Source of the DNA: a bacterium | GTDB taxonomy: Bacteria; Patescibacteriota; Minisyncoccia; UBA6257; UBA9933 | Length of the DNA stretch: 52,322 bases | Direction: 5' to 3' | Assembly (NCBI GenBank): GCA_021786355.1 | Contig: JAJYNK010000011.1 | Coordinates: forward strand, 1 to 52,322 | In this document: piece after piece, positions 25,450 to 33,149 of the stretch | Layout of the letters: each line of letters begins with the position of its first letter | Numbering within the stretch: the first letter of the stretch is position 1 | Position numbers and translations under genes: made by a program | The notes under the pieces: generated by a model | Database searches by the model: none | What the model was told of the DNA's origin: nothing | Seen by the model: only the letters and a program-made list of their open reading frames with translations

Positions 25450-25478
25450 TTGAATAAATAAGCCTCTGGCTTTACTAT
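25450..25478 (+). promoter_or_regulatory. sigma70-like promoter, probably giving a leaderless mnmA transcript
   Basis: TTGAAT (25450-25455), a 17-nt spacer, TACTAT (25473-25478), then 6 nt to the ATG at 25485. Confidence 0.45.
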
Positions 25479-25484
25479 TTCTCC

Positions 25485-26687
25485 ATGGATGCAAAAGATT
25501 TAAAAAAATCAGTTGTTTTTGTGATGATGTCCGGAGGAGTAGATAGCTCCGTGGCTGCTTTTTTGTTGCAAAAACAAGGATATAAGGTTATCGGCTGTTT
25601 TATAAGGGGTTATAATGTTGACGGCTGTCAGGAAAAAGAATCTGAAGACGCCCGCCGGGTTGTCGAATATTTGAACATTCCTTTTTATGTGGTTGATTTG
25701 GAAAATGAATATAAAAAACTCGTGGTTGATTATACTGTCAGGTCTTATAAAGAAGGAATTACTCCCAATCCGGACGTGATGTGCAATAAAGAAATAAAAT
25801 TCGGATTGTTTTTTAAAAAAGCGATTGAATTGGGAGCGGATTATGTGGCAACCGGGCATTACGTGAGGCTTGGTTTTCGGGATATTTTTCGCGGAACCGG
25901 CCGTCTTCTTGCTCCAGCGGCAAGAAGCGGCCTTGGCTCTCGGCTTATTCGCCCCGCCTACGGCGGGGGCCAAGCCGAATTAGCCTCCGAGACATTCCGC
26001 TCAAAAACCCCCGAAAAACTCGCCAGTTTTTATTTAAGGGAGGCCAAGGATAAAAACAAAGACCAATCTTATTTTTTGTGGACTTTAAAACAAAATCAGC
26101 TCAAACGTTGTTTGTTCCCCATCGGCGATTATGAAAAACCGGTGGTAAGAAAAATCGCCAAAAAAGCCGGGCTGCCTACGGCCGAGAAAAAAGATTCTCA
26201 GGGGATTTGTTTTTTAGGAAAAGTTCCGATGGAGGTTTTTTTAAAAAAATTCATTTCACCCAAAAAAGGAAAGATTGTTAATTTGGAAGGAAAAAAAATA
26301 GGCGAGCATCAGGGAGTTTATTTTTATACCATTGGCCAGCGGCATGGGCTCGGCATTGCCGGGAAGCGTCCTTTTTATGTGGCGGAAAAGGATGCGGTTA
26401 ATAATGTCATAAAAGTTGCCCAAGGCAGCGATGACCAAAACTTATTTAAAAAAGAAGCCTATTTAAAAGCGGTTAATTGGATAAGTGGAGAAGTTCCCAA
26501 AGAAAAAATGGAGGTTTTGGCAAGAGTAAGATACAGGCAGCCGCTTTCTCCCGCTTCCCTTTATAAGCTAAAAGCTGACAGCTATAAGCTAATTTTTGAT
26601 TCTAGTCAAAAATTCGTGGCCCCTGGCCAGTCAGCGGTATTGTATAATAAGAAAGGGGAAATGCTGGGCGGCGGCATCATAAGTTAG
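25485..26687 (+). CDS. mnmA: tRNA 2-thiouridine(34) synthase MnmA, carrying a ~145-nt GC-rich in-frame insert
   Basis: PP-loop (MSGGVDSSVAA), NPDVMCN, ATGHY and KDQSYFLW motifs. The GHYVR-to-KDQSYF spacing is about 46 aa longer than in E. coli MnmA as I recall it. Confidence 0.92.
   Translation: MDAKDLKKSVVFVMMSGGVDSSVAAFLLQKQGYKVIGCFIRGYNVDGCQEKESEDARRVVEYLNIPFYVVDLENEYKKLVVDYTVRSYKEGITPNPDVMCNKEIKFGLFFKKAIELGADYVATGHYVRLGFRDIFRGTGRLLAPAARSGLGSRLIRPAYGGGQAELASETFRSKTPEKLASFYLREAKDKNKDQSYFLWTLKQNQLKRCLFPIGDYEKPVVRKIAKKAGLPTAEKKDSQGICFLGKVPMEVFLKKFISPKKGKIVNLEGKKIGEHQGVYFYTIGQRHGLGIAGKRPFYVAEKDAVNNVIKVAQGSDDQNLFKKEAYLKAVNWISGEVPKEKMEVLARVRYRQPLSPASLYKLKADSYKLIFDSSQKFVAPGQSAVLYNKKGEMLGGGIIS
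25874..26018. repeat. GC-rich nested-hairpin element inside the mnmA CDS
   Basis: Terminal pairing TTTTCGGG…GCGGAA / TTCCGC…CCCGAAAA. Internal hairpins are CCGTCTTCTTGC-N6-GCAAGAAGCGG and GGCTT-ATTC-GCCCCGCC-TACG-GCGGGGGC-C-AAGCC. Confidence 0.7.
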
Positions 26688-26699
26688 AATTTTAAAAAA

Positions 26700-27518
26700 A
26701 TGATTATCTTGCTCTACGGGCCGGACAATTACAGGCGAAGTCAAAAATTAAAAGAAATAAGCCAAAACTATGGACAGAGGCAATCCCTTTTTTCTTTGGA
26801 GAAATTTGATTTTGAAGATAACGAAGAGTTTTACCGCTTCAAGGATTTTGCCGGCCAGCAACTTATTTTTGAAGGAAAAAAACTTGCCGTATTAGAAAAT
26901 GCTTTTAGTCTTGGAGAGGAAAATTCAGAATCGTTCAAAGAACTTTTAAAAGAAAATATCAAAAACGAAAACGTGATTTTAATTATTTCCGACAGCCGCG
27001 AACTTCCCGACGAATTTAAATTTGTTTTAGACGAGGCGATTAAAATTCAAGAATTCACTGAACTTGACGAGGGGAAAATGAAATTTTTCATAAGAAATGA
27101 AGCGAAGAAAAGAGGAGTGGAATTCAGTCTTGCCGCGGAAAATTTTCTTTCCGCTTTTTTCAAAAACAATACTTGGGGGTTGATTACCGAAATTGATAAG
27201 CTTCAATCTCTTTATCAAGAGCCCGCTAAAATAGAAGTCAGCGATCTTGAAAGAGCCGGAGATTTTTTTAAATCTTCCGACATCTATAATTTTATAAACG
27301 CTGTTTCTAATAAGGGAAGTTTGTCTGAAAAATTAAAAAACTTGGAAAGCCTTTTTTTGAATCACGAAGAACCAGCCATGATTTTTAATTTCCTGGCCGC
27401 TAACCGCTTTTTGAGCTTTGATTTATTAAAAAAAATGGCCGACTACGATGTTTTGGTAAAGTCGGGCCGAATAGATTACGAAACCGCGCTTTTGGATGTC
27501 TGTTTGCTCCGCATATAA
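26700..27518 (+). CDS. holA: DNA polymerase III delta subunit-like (HolA)
   Basis: The N-terminus (IILLYGPDNY), the ~270 aa size and the helical C-terminus fit short HolA forms. Similarity is weak. Confidence 0.5.
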   Translation: MIILLYGPDNYRRSQKLKEISQNYGQRQSLFSLEKFDFEDNEEFYRFKDFAGQQLIFEGKKLAVLENAFSLGEENSESFKELLKENIKNENVILIISDSRELPDEFKFVLDEAIKIQEFTELDEGKMKFFIRNEAKKRGVEFSLAAENFLSAFFKNNTWGLITEIDKLQSLYQEPAKIEVSDLERAGDFFKSSDIYNFINAVSNKGSLSEKLKNLESLFLNHEEPAMIFNFLAANRFLSFDLLKKMADYDVLVKSGRIDYETALLDVCLLRI

Positions 27519-27555
27519 AAATTTATCTTAAACAGGCTCACTCTTACTCATTCTG

Positions 27556-28095
27556 TTATTCAATCAAACCGAATTCCCTAAAAGATTGTTGATAAACTTT
27601 TAGAACATTGACTGCCTCTTCAAAAGTAATTTTAAAATCTTCTTCGTTGGCTCTAGCGGCGATTTTGTGGGCTTCCAATAGTTCTTGGCTATTAGTTATT
27701 TTTTCCGATGTTAAATGACTTAAACGTTCTTCCAGATCTTCTCCAGGATATGCGCCTGCTTTTAAAATCTCATCTAAAATTTTATCCGCCTCGGTTAAGG
27801 CCGCCTTTATCTGCTTTTCGTCTTTTGTTTCAAGGCGTTTTTTGATTGTTTTCCAGGCTTTTACGGAGTATCGTTTTCCAAAATCCCGAAGCCCAAAATA
27901 TTTAACTTCCAGAGCCGCCACTTTTTCATCGAAGAGATTGAGTTTTATAATATAAAAAATTACCAGCCAAAAAAGAATAGCCGATAAGATAAAAGCTATA
28001 AAATTTAACAGCCAAAGCTTGTCTAGATAAAAATTAACCAAATTGGCAAAAAACTCCGCGACAAATTTATTAATAGATAAAATTAACGTGTCCAT
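27556..28095 (-). CDS. hypothetical membrane-anchored protein
   Basis: 179 aa with one or two N-terminal TM helices followed by a charged helical domain. No motif recognised. Confidence 0.45.
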   Translation of the reverse strand: MDTLILSINKFVAEFFANLVNFYLDKLWLLNFIAFILSAILFWLVIFYIIKLNLFDEKVAALEVKYFGLRDFGKRYSVKAWKTIKKRLETKDEKQIKAALTEADKILDEILKAGAYPGEDLEERLSHLTSEKITNSQELLEAHKIAARANEEDFKITFEEAVNVLKVYQQSFREFGLIE

Positions 28096-28131
28096 AAATA
28101 TGTAAAAATAAATAAATTATATACGAGGTTC

Positions 28132-28200
28132 ATCCCGTTAGAAGTAGCCCGCCCACAGGTCCTTCGGACGCGCAAGCGCGGATGCGACTTCTAACGGGAT
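28132..28200. repeat. hairpin element with ATCCCGTTAGAAGT arms and a GC-rich loop
   Basis: ATCCCGTTAGAAGT (28132-28145) and its reverse complement (28187-28200). The right arm encodes the last three codons plus stop of gatA. The loop contains GCGCAAGCGC. Confidence 0.8.
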
Positions 28201-29639
28201 TCATATAATTTTCCAATTTCTAAAATATCATTTTCTTTAAAATGTTTGCCTATAAGCTGAAACCCCACAGGCGGGTTCTCCATGGGCCTTGTCGAAATGG
28301 ATATTGCCGGAAGTCCCGCTAAGTTTGCCGGAATGGTAAATATATCCGAAAGATACATTTTCAGAGGATCATCTGTTTTTTCGCCGAAATGGAAAGCCGG
28401 AGTGGGAGAGACCGGAGTTAAAATAACATCAACTCCGCCAGCCGACGGATCAAACGCTTTGTCAAAATCTTTTCTAATTAAATTTCTTACTTTTTGGGCT
28501 TTGGCGTAATAAGCGTCGTAATATCCGGAAGACAAAACAAATGTTCCCAAAATGATTCTTCTTTTAACTTCTGGGCCAAAGCCCTCCCCCCGCTGTCGGA
28601 AATAAATTTCTTTCAAGGTTTCAGTTTGCGATCCGCGGCCCGCTATTCGCGCGTAGCGTATGCCGTCGAATCTGGTTAAATTAGCGCTTACTTCCGCGGG
28701 CATAATAATATAATAGCAAGAAAGAGCGTATTTAGTGTGCGGTAAACTTATTTCTTTAAATTTTATACCGGCTTTTTTTAGCGACTCAATTGCTTCGCTA
28801 ATGGCTTTTGTCGTCTGGTCGTCCAGCCCTTCTTTTATGAAGTATTCTTTTGGCAACCCGATTGTTAAGTTTTTTGTTGTTGTAGGTTGTAGGTTGTCGG
28901 TTGTTAGTCGTTGGGATGTCGCGTCCATCGGGTCAAATCCTTTTATAGCGTTAAATAATATTTCCGCGTCTTCGACTGTTTTGGTTATTGGCCCTATCTG
29001 GTCTAAACTTGAAGCCATCGCCATCAGTCCGTAGCGAGAAACTGCTCCGTAAGTTGGTTTTAGCCCTACTACTCCGCAAAAGCTTGCCGGCTGCCTTATT
29101 GAGCCGCCCGTGTCTGACCCAAGTCCTGCCACAGCCATATCTGCCGCTACAGCGGCCGCGGAACCGCCCGAGGATCCTCCCGGCACTCGGCTTACGTCGC
29201 GAGGATTTTTTGTTTTTTTAAAAGCGGAATTTTCCGTTGACGAACCCATGGCGAATTCGTCCATATTGGTTTTGCCTAAGAAAATAGCGCCCTCATTTTT
29301 TAGCTTTTTTATAACCGTTGCATCATAGCTGGCTTTGTAATTTTCTAAGATTTTTGAAGCCGAAGTGGTAATTTCATTCTCAATCAAAATATTATCTTTT
29401 ATTGCTAAAGGAATTCCCGTTAGAGGGGCGAGTGTTTCTCCTTTTGCCTTTTTTATATCAGCCTCACCGGCTTTTTTTAAGGCGGATTCTTTTAGAAGAG
29501 AGATGTAGGCGTTTATTTCCGGATCTTTTTTTTCGATGTGTTTAAAGTATTCTTCGGCAATTTCAAACACGGAGAATTTTTTATTTTTAAGACCTTCTTG
29601 AAATTTTTTAATAGTCAAATTTGTGAGATTCATATGCAT
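28191..29639 (-). CDS. gatA: Glu-tRNA(Gln)/Asp-tRNA(Asn) amidotransferase subunit A
   Basis: Amidase signature (GGSSGGSAAAVAA…GSDTGGSIRQPA), downstream of gatC. Confidence 0.95.
   Translation of the reverse strand: MHMNLTNLTIKKFQEGLKNKKFSVFEIAEEYFKHIEKKDPEINAYISLLKESALKKAGEADIKKAKGETLAPLTGIPLAIKDNILIENEITTSASKILENYKASYDATVIKKLKNEGAIFLGKTNMDEFAMGSSTENSAFKKTKNPRDVSRVPGGSSGGSAAAVAADMAVAGLGSDTGGSIRQPASFCGVVGLKPTYGAVSRYGLMAMASSLDQIGPITKTVEDAEILFNAIKGFDPMDATSQRLTTDNLQPTTTKNLTIGLPKEYFIKEGLDDQTTKAISEAIESLKKAGIKFKEISLPHTKYALSCYYIIMPAEVSANLTRFDGIRYARIAGRGSQTETLKEIYFRQRGEGFGPEVKRRIILGTFVLSSGYYDAYYAKAQKVRNLIRKDFDKAFDPSAGGVDVILTPVSPTPAFHFGEKTDDPLKMYLSDIFTIPANLAGLPAISISTRPMENPPVGFQLIGKHFKENDILEIGKLYESR
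28881..28915. repeat. heptamer micro-array inside the gatA CDS
   Basis: TGTAGGT TGTAGGT TGTCGGT TGTTAGT CGTTGGG on the + strand. It encodes the low-complexity segment …RLTTDNLQPTT… of GatA. Confidence 0.7.
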
Positions 29640-29642
29640 TTC

Positions 29643-29684
29643 AACTCCTAACTCCTAACTACTAACTACTAGCTACTAGCTACT
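29643..29684. repeat. six-unit heptamer array filling the gatC|gatA spacer
   Basis: AACTCCT x2, AACTACT x2, AGCTACT x2. On the coding (-) strand this reads TAGTAGC x2, TAGTAGT x2, TAGGAGT x2, then TGAA-ATG, which gives repeated stops and an AGGAG RBS. Confidence 0.9.
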
Positions 29685-29979
29685 ATTCAAAAACAGGGGG
29701 TATTTTCAAAAAATCACCTTCTTTTTCAGGAAATAAATTTATTAGTGCTTCCCGACTTTTCGCCAAGTCTTGATTTATTTCATCTTCTCTTGTCATGTTT
29801 TTCAAATCGGTTCCGCCGGCCATTGGGGGAATTTTTTTAGTATCCAGCGCCTGAAGCTCTTCAAAATAATTAAGGATTTTTTTAAGATCTTCAACGAGTT
29901 TATCCTCTTCTTTTTCGGTTATTTTTATTCTGGCCAAATCTGCCAGATGTTCCAAGGTTTTTTTGTCTATTTGAGCCAT
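29683..29979 (-). CDS. gatC: Glu-tRNA(Gln) amidotransferase subunit C
   Basis: 98 aa with a typical GatC sequence (LADLARIKITEKEEDKL…) and position upstream of gatA. Confidence 0.85.
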   Translation of the reverse strand: MAQIDKKTLEHLADLARIKITEKEEDKLVEDLKKILNYFEELQALDTKKIPPMAGGTDLKNMTREDEINQDLAKSREALINLFPEKEGDFLKIPPVFE

Positions 29980-30180
29980 TCCCTGTAGTAGAAAAACGAT
30001 ATCAAATTAAATTTTAAAAAATTTAATTTATCCCGTTTATTCTATGATGTAATGATTAGTTTTGGGATTTTTATCTTTTGTCCCGATAAAATAACGATAA
30101 ATGATAAAAGGAATTAATCGTTTTTCACTACGGGGCATTTCTTAGTATTTTATATTTTTTAAGCATTTATGCAAATAAAA

Positions 30181-30243
30181 CCCCCGTATCGCAAGGCAAC
30201 AAACCGGCAAGAAACCGGCGAAAACACCTTTATGATGCGGGGG
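30181..30243 (-). terminator. long hairpin followed by a T-rich tail, downstream of the 30273-30605 ORF
   Basis: On the - strand, CCCCCGCATCAT…GCGATACGGGGG is followed by TTTTATTT, with an inner hairpin CCGG-N7-CCGG. Confidence 0.5.
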
Positions 30244-30272
30244 TTGGGGTGGTTAGAGGTAATAATCATCTT

Positions 30273-30605
30273 TTATTTCAGTGGGGGTAGGTTTACTATA
30301 TAAGTGTCTTTACTGTCGGTCGTTTCGTGGCTGATTTGAAGATGTCGTAGAACTTTTATGAAAGCCTCCTTCAAGCTCAATACTTCTTTTGTTTTGTCGG
30401 GCTCTTTTTTGTAGTCCACGAAATTGACATACAGTTTCCCATCTCTTTCTTCCGAAGAAACAAGGTTGGGAGAAAATCCTTGAGCCTTGCCCAGTCTTTT
30501 TAATAAAACCACAACCTCTCGCGGGTTTTCTTTAATTGTTGTCGAGTTAAAGCATTTTTTAGAACAAGTCGCCATTTGAGCAAAAAGACTTTGAACTATC
30601 GCCAT
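30273..30605 (-). CDS. hypothetical protein
   Basis: 110 aa. A strong SD (AAGAGGGGGTGAGTT-ATG) and a downstream hairpin support expression. No family recognised. Confidence 0.45.
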   Translation of the reverse strand: MAIVQSLFAQMATCSKKCFNSTTIKENPREVVVLLKRLGKAQGFSPNLVSSEERDGKLYVNFVDYKKEPDKTKEVLSLKEAFIKVLRHLQISHETTDSKDTYIVNLPPLK

Positions 30606-30684
30606 AACTCACCCCCTCTTATTTAAAGAATTCTATTCCAATATGCTTTTAAAAGAGTAGCAGGGTAATTTCGAAAAAACAAGA

Positions 30685-31605
30685 TTATTTTCCAATATCG
30701 AAAATTTTAAAAGCGTTTTGAGTTGTTTGCTCGCTCATTTTTTCCAGTGAAATGTTTTTTATTTTCGCCATTTTTTGGGCAGTTTCTTTTATGTAAATCG
30801 GTTCGTTTCTTTTGCCTTTATGCGGTTCGGGCGCGACATACGGGGCGTCGGTTTCCAAAAGAATTTTTTCCAAAGGAATAAATTTTATAATTTCGTCAAA
30901 TTGGCGATTGTAAGTGATTAACCCTCCGAATGTGAAATAAAAACCCATTTCCAAAAGAGTTCTAGCGTCTTCAATGGTTCCGGTAAAAAAATGGATTATC
31001 CCCGGAGGAGTATTTAGGAGTTGGGAGTTAGAACTTAGGATTTGAATTAAGTCGGAGAATGCTTTTGTGGCGGCACCACGCTGAGCGTGGTTGGAGTCGC
31101 GCTCGGCGCGACAATGGATCATTAGAGGTTTATTTAGTTCTTTGGCCAGTTTTATTTGTTGAACAAATGTATTTTTTTGAATTTCTTTCAAATTTTCAAA
31201 TCTTAAATCGTCATTTTTATTTTTTATTTTTAAATTTTTAATTTGAGCGGAGCGATAGTAGTCCAACCCGCATTCTCCGATCGCCACGACTTTTTCGTTT
31301 AAGGCTATTTTTTTATAAAATTCATAATCAAAATTTTCACTTCTCGAATTAAAACCGTTTCCTCCGCCGATTTCTTGCGGATCTAAATGAATGCTGTTGG
31401 TGTGGATCGGGTGAAGCCCGACTGCGGCGTAAACGCCCTCAGAGTATTTATTCGCTAATTCCACCGCTTTTTCAGAGGTGTCTTTTTGGCTGCCTGCGTT
31501 TACTGTCCAGATATTGCTGTCCAGAGTTCTCTTTATAACTTCTTCGCGGTCCTTATCAAAGGCCGAAAATTGAAGGTGGGTATGGGAATCGAATAAGAAA
31601 GGCAT
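30685..31605 (-). CDS. tatD: TatD-family metal-dependent hydrolase/DNase
   Basis: FDSHTHL, ECGLDY, MIHCR and ETDAPY motifs. The start at the second ATG (31605) is preferred, because the upstream 11 codons lie in a repeat array. Confidence 0.88.
   Translation of the reverse strand: MPFLFDSHTHLQFSAFDKDREEVIKRTLDSNIWTVNAGSQKDTSEKAVELANKYSEGVYAAVGLHPIHTNSIHLDPQEIGGGNGFNSRSENFDYEFYKKIALNEKVVAIGECGLDYYRSAQIKNLKIKNKNDDLRFENLKEIQKNTFVQQIKLAKELNKPLMIHCRAERDSNHAQRGAATKAFSDLIQILSSNSQLLNTPPGIIHFFTGTIEDARTLLEMGFYFTFGGLITYNRQFDEIIKFIPLEKILLETDAPYVAPEPHKGKRNEPIYIKETAQKMAKIKNISLEKMSEQTTQNAFKIFDIGK
31076..31112. repeat. pair of GC-rich hairpins inside the tatD CDS
   Basis: CCACGC-TGA-GCGTGG (31076-31090) and GTCGCGC-TCG-GCGCGAC (31096-31112). 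Together they encode the extra segment …AERDSNHAQRGAAT… right after the conserved IHCR motif. Confidence 0.6.
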
Positions 31606-31638
31606 AAAATAAGCTGTTAGCTGATAGCTTTTAGACAT

Positions 31639-31680
31639 GAGGTTTAGCTTCCTAAAAGCTAAAAGCTTTAAGCTATAAGC
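31639..31680. repeat. heptamer micro-array at the metG|tatD junction
   Basis: - strand: GCTTATA GCTTAAA GCTTTTA GCTTTTA GGAAGCT AAACCTC. AGCT-based units continue into 31606-31638. Confidence 0.75.
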
Positions 31681-33115
31681 TATTGAGGCGGGGGAAAAGA
31701 TTCTCTCCTTTTTGGTTATTTTGAATGCTGGTTAAAATTTTATCAGCTGTTTGAGGAAGAAACGGTAAAAGAAGCTCGGCGGATTTTTTGAGTAACAAAA
31801 CCAAGCCAGCCAAAACATCTTTTTTGTTCTCGGGGTTTTCCCAGGGTTTTTCGTTGTTGACTATTGAGTCGCCGTATCCGATAAGTCCCCATATTGTAGC
31901 CAGAGCTTCGTTGAGTTTAAATTCATCTATTTTTTTATTAACGGCGCTCTCCACTTCTTTTATTTTTAAAATTATTTCTTCTTTCGGCTGACAGTCTTTC
32001 AAATCAATTTTTGTGGCAATTGTCAGGACGCGCGCGGAAAAATTTCCCAGTCCGTTGGCTAAGTCGGAATTGTACCGTTCTTTGAGTTTTTCTTCGGTAA
32101 GGTCGCCATCGTCAAGCGTTGGGATTTCTTTAAGCAGATAATATCTTACGGCTTCTGCACCGTATTTTTCTATCAGCTCAAAAGGGGATATAACGTTTCC
32201 CAATGATTTAGACATTTTATGGCCGTTTGAAGTGATGAAACCATGGGTCATTATGGTTTTTGGTATTGGCAATTTTGCCGACAGAAGCATAGCCGGCCAA
32301 ATCGCGGCGTGGAATCTCAAAATGTCTTTTCCTATTAAATGAATATCGGCAGGCCAAAATTTATCGAATAATTCGCTTGAATTAGATCCGTATCCGATTC
32401 CGGTTATATAATTTGGCAGCGCGTCGCCCCACACATAAATAATTTGGTTTTCATCGCCGGGAACCGGAATGCCCCAGGAAAGTTTTTCTTTTATTCTCGA
32501 AAAAGAAATATCTTCCAGCCCGTCGTTTAGGAGCGCGAGAATTTCATTTTTACGGGATTCGGGAACGATATTTAGTTCTCCGGATTTAATTTTTTCTTTT
32601 AATACTTGGGAATATTTGGAGAGTTTAAAAAACCAATTTTCTTCTTCAATAGTTTCGACTTCTTTCAAGTGAATTGGGCATTTATTTCCATCGATAAGAA
32701 CTTTTTTGGTTTTGAATTCTTCGCAGCCAACGCAATAAAGGCCCTTATATTTTCTTTTTTCCAAATCGCCGTTTTCCTCGATTTTCTTCCAAAGTTTGGC
32801 GACTCCCGGCCAGTGTTTTTCTTTGTCCGTGGTCCGGATAAAATAGTCGTTGGAAATTTCTAATTTTTGGCAGAGTGATTTAAATTCGGCGCCGATTTCA
32901 TCTGTGAATTCTTGCGGACTCTTGCCGCTTTTTTTCGCCGCTTCATAAACTTTTTGGCCGTGTTCGTCTGTGCCGGTCAAAAAAAATACATCCTCATTTT
33001 TACTACGATGATATTTGGCTAAAACATCGGCCTGTATGAATTCCAGGGCGTGGCCTATATGAGGGGAAGCGTTTGTGTAGGCAATCGCCGTTGTAATATA
33101 AAACTTCTTTCTCAT
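31673..33115 (-). CDS. metG: methionyl-tRNA synthetase
   Basis: HIGH motif (SPHIGH), KMSKS motif and a CxxC…CP zinc knuckle. The ATG at 33115 is preferred over the TTG at 33118. Confidence 0.95.
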   Translation of the reverse strand: MRKKFYITTAIAYTNASPHIGHALEFIQADVLAKYHRSKNEDVFFLTGTDEHGQKVYEAAKKSGKSPQEFTDEIGAEFKSLCQKLEISNDYFIRTTDKEKHWPGVAKLWKKIEENGDLEKRKYKGLYCVGCEEFKTKKVLIDGNKCPIHLKEVETIEEENWFFKLSKYSQVLKEKIKSGELNIVPESRKNEILALLNDGLEDISFSRIKEKLSWGIPVPGDENQIIYVWGDALPNYITGIGYGSNSSELFDKFWPADIHLIGKDILRFHAAIWPAMLLSAKLPIPKTIMTHGFITSNGHKMSKSLGNVISPFELIEKYGAEAVRYYLLKEIPTLDDGDLTEEKLKERYNSDLANGLGNFSARVLTIATKIDLKDCQPKEEIILKIKEVESAVNKKIDEFKLNEALATIWGLIGYGDSIVNNEKPWENPENKKDVLAGLVLLLKKSAELLLPFLPQTADKILTSIQNNQKGENLFPRLNSL

Positions 33116-33116
33116 C

Positions 33117-33144
33117 AAGAGTTATTGGTTACGAGTTATAAGTT
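33117..33144. repeat. heptamer micro-array upstream of metG
   Basis: - strand: AACTTAT AACTCGT AACCAAT AACTCTT, then g-ATG. It shares the 12-mer AACTTATAACTC with the recA-upstream array (6719-6730). Confidence 0.8.
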
Positions 33145-33149
33145 GAAGC

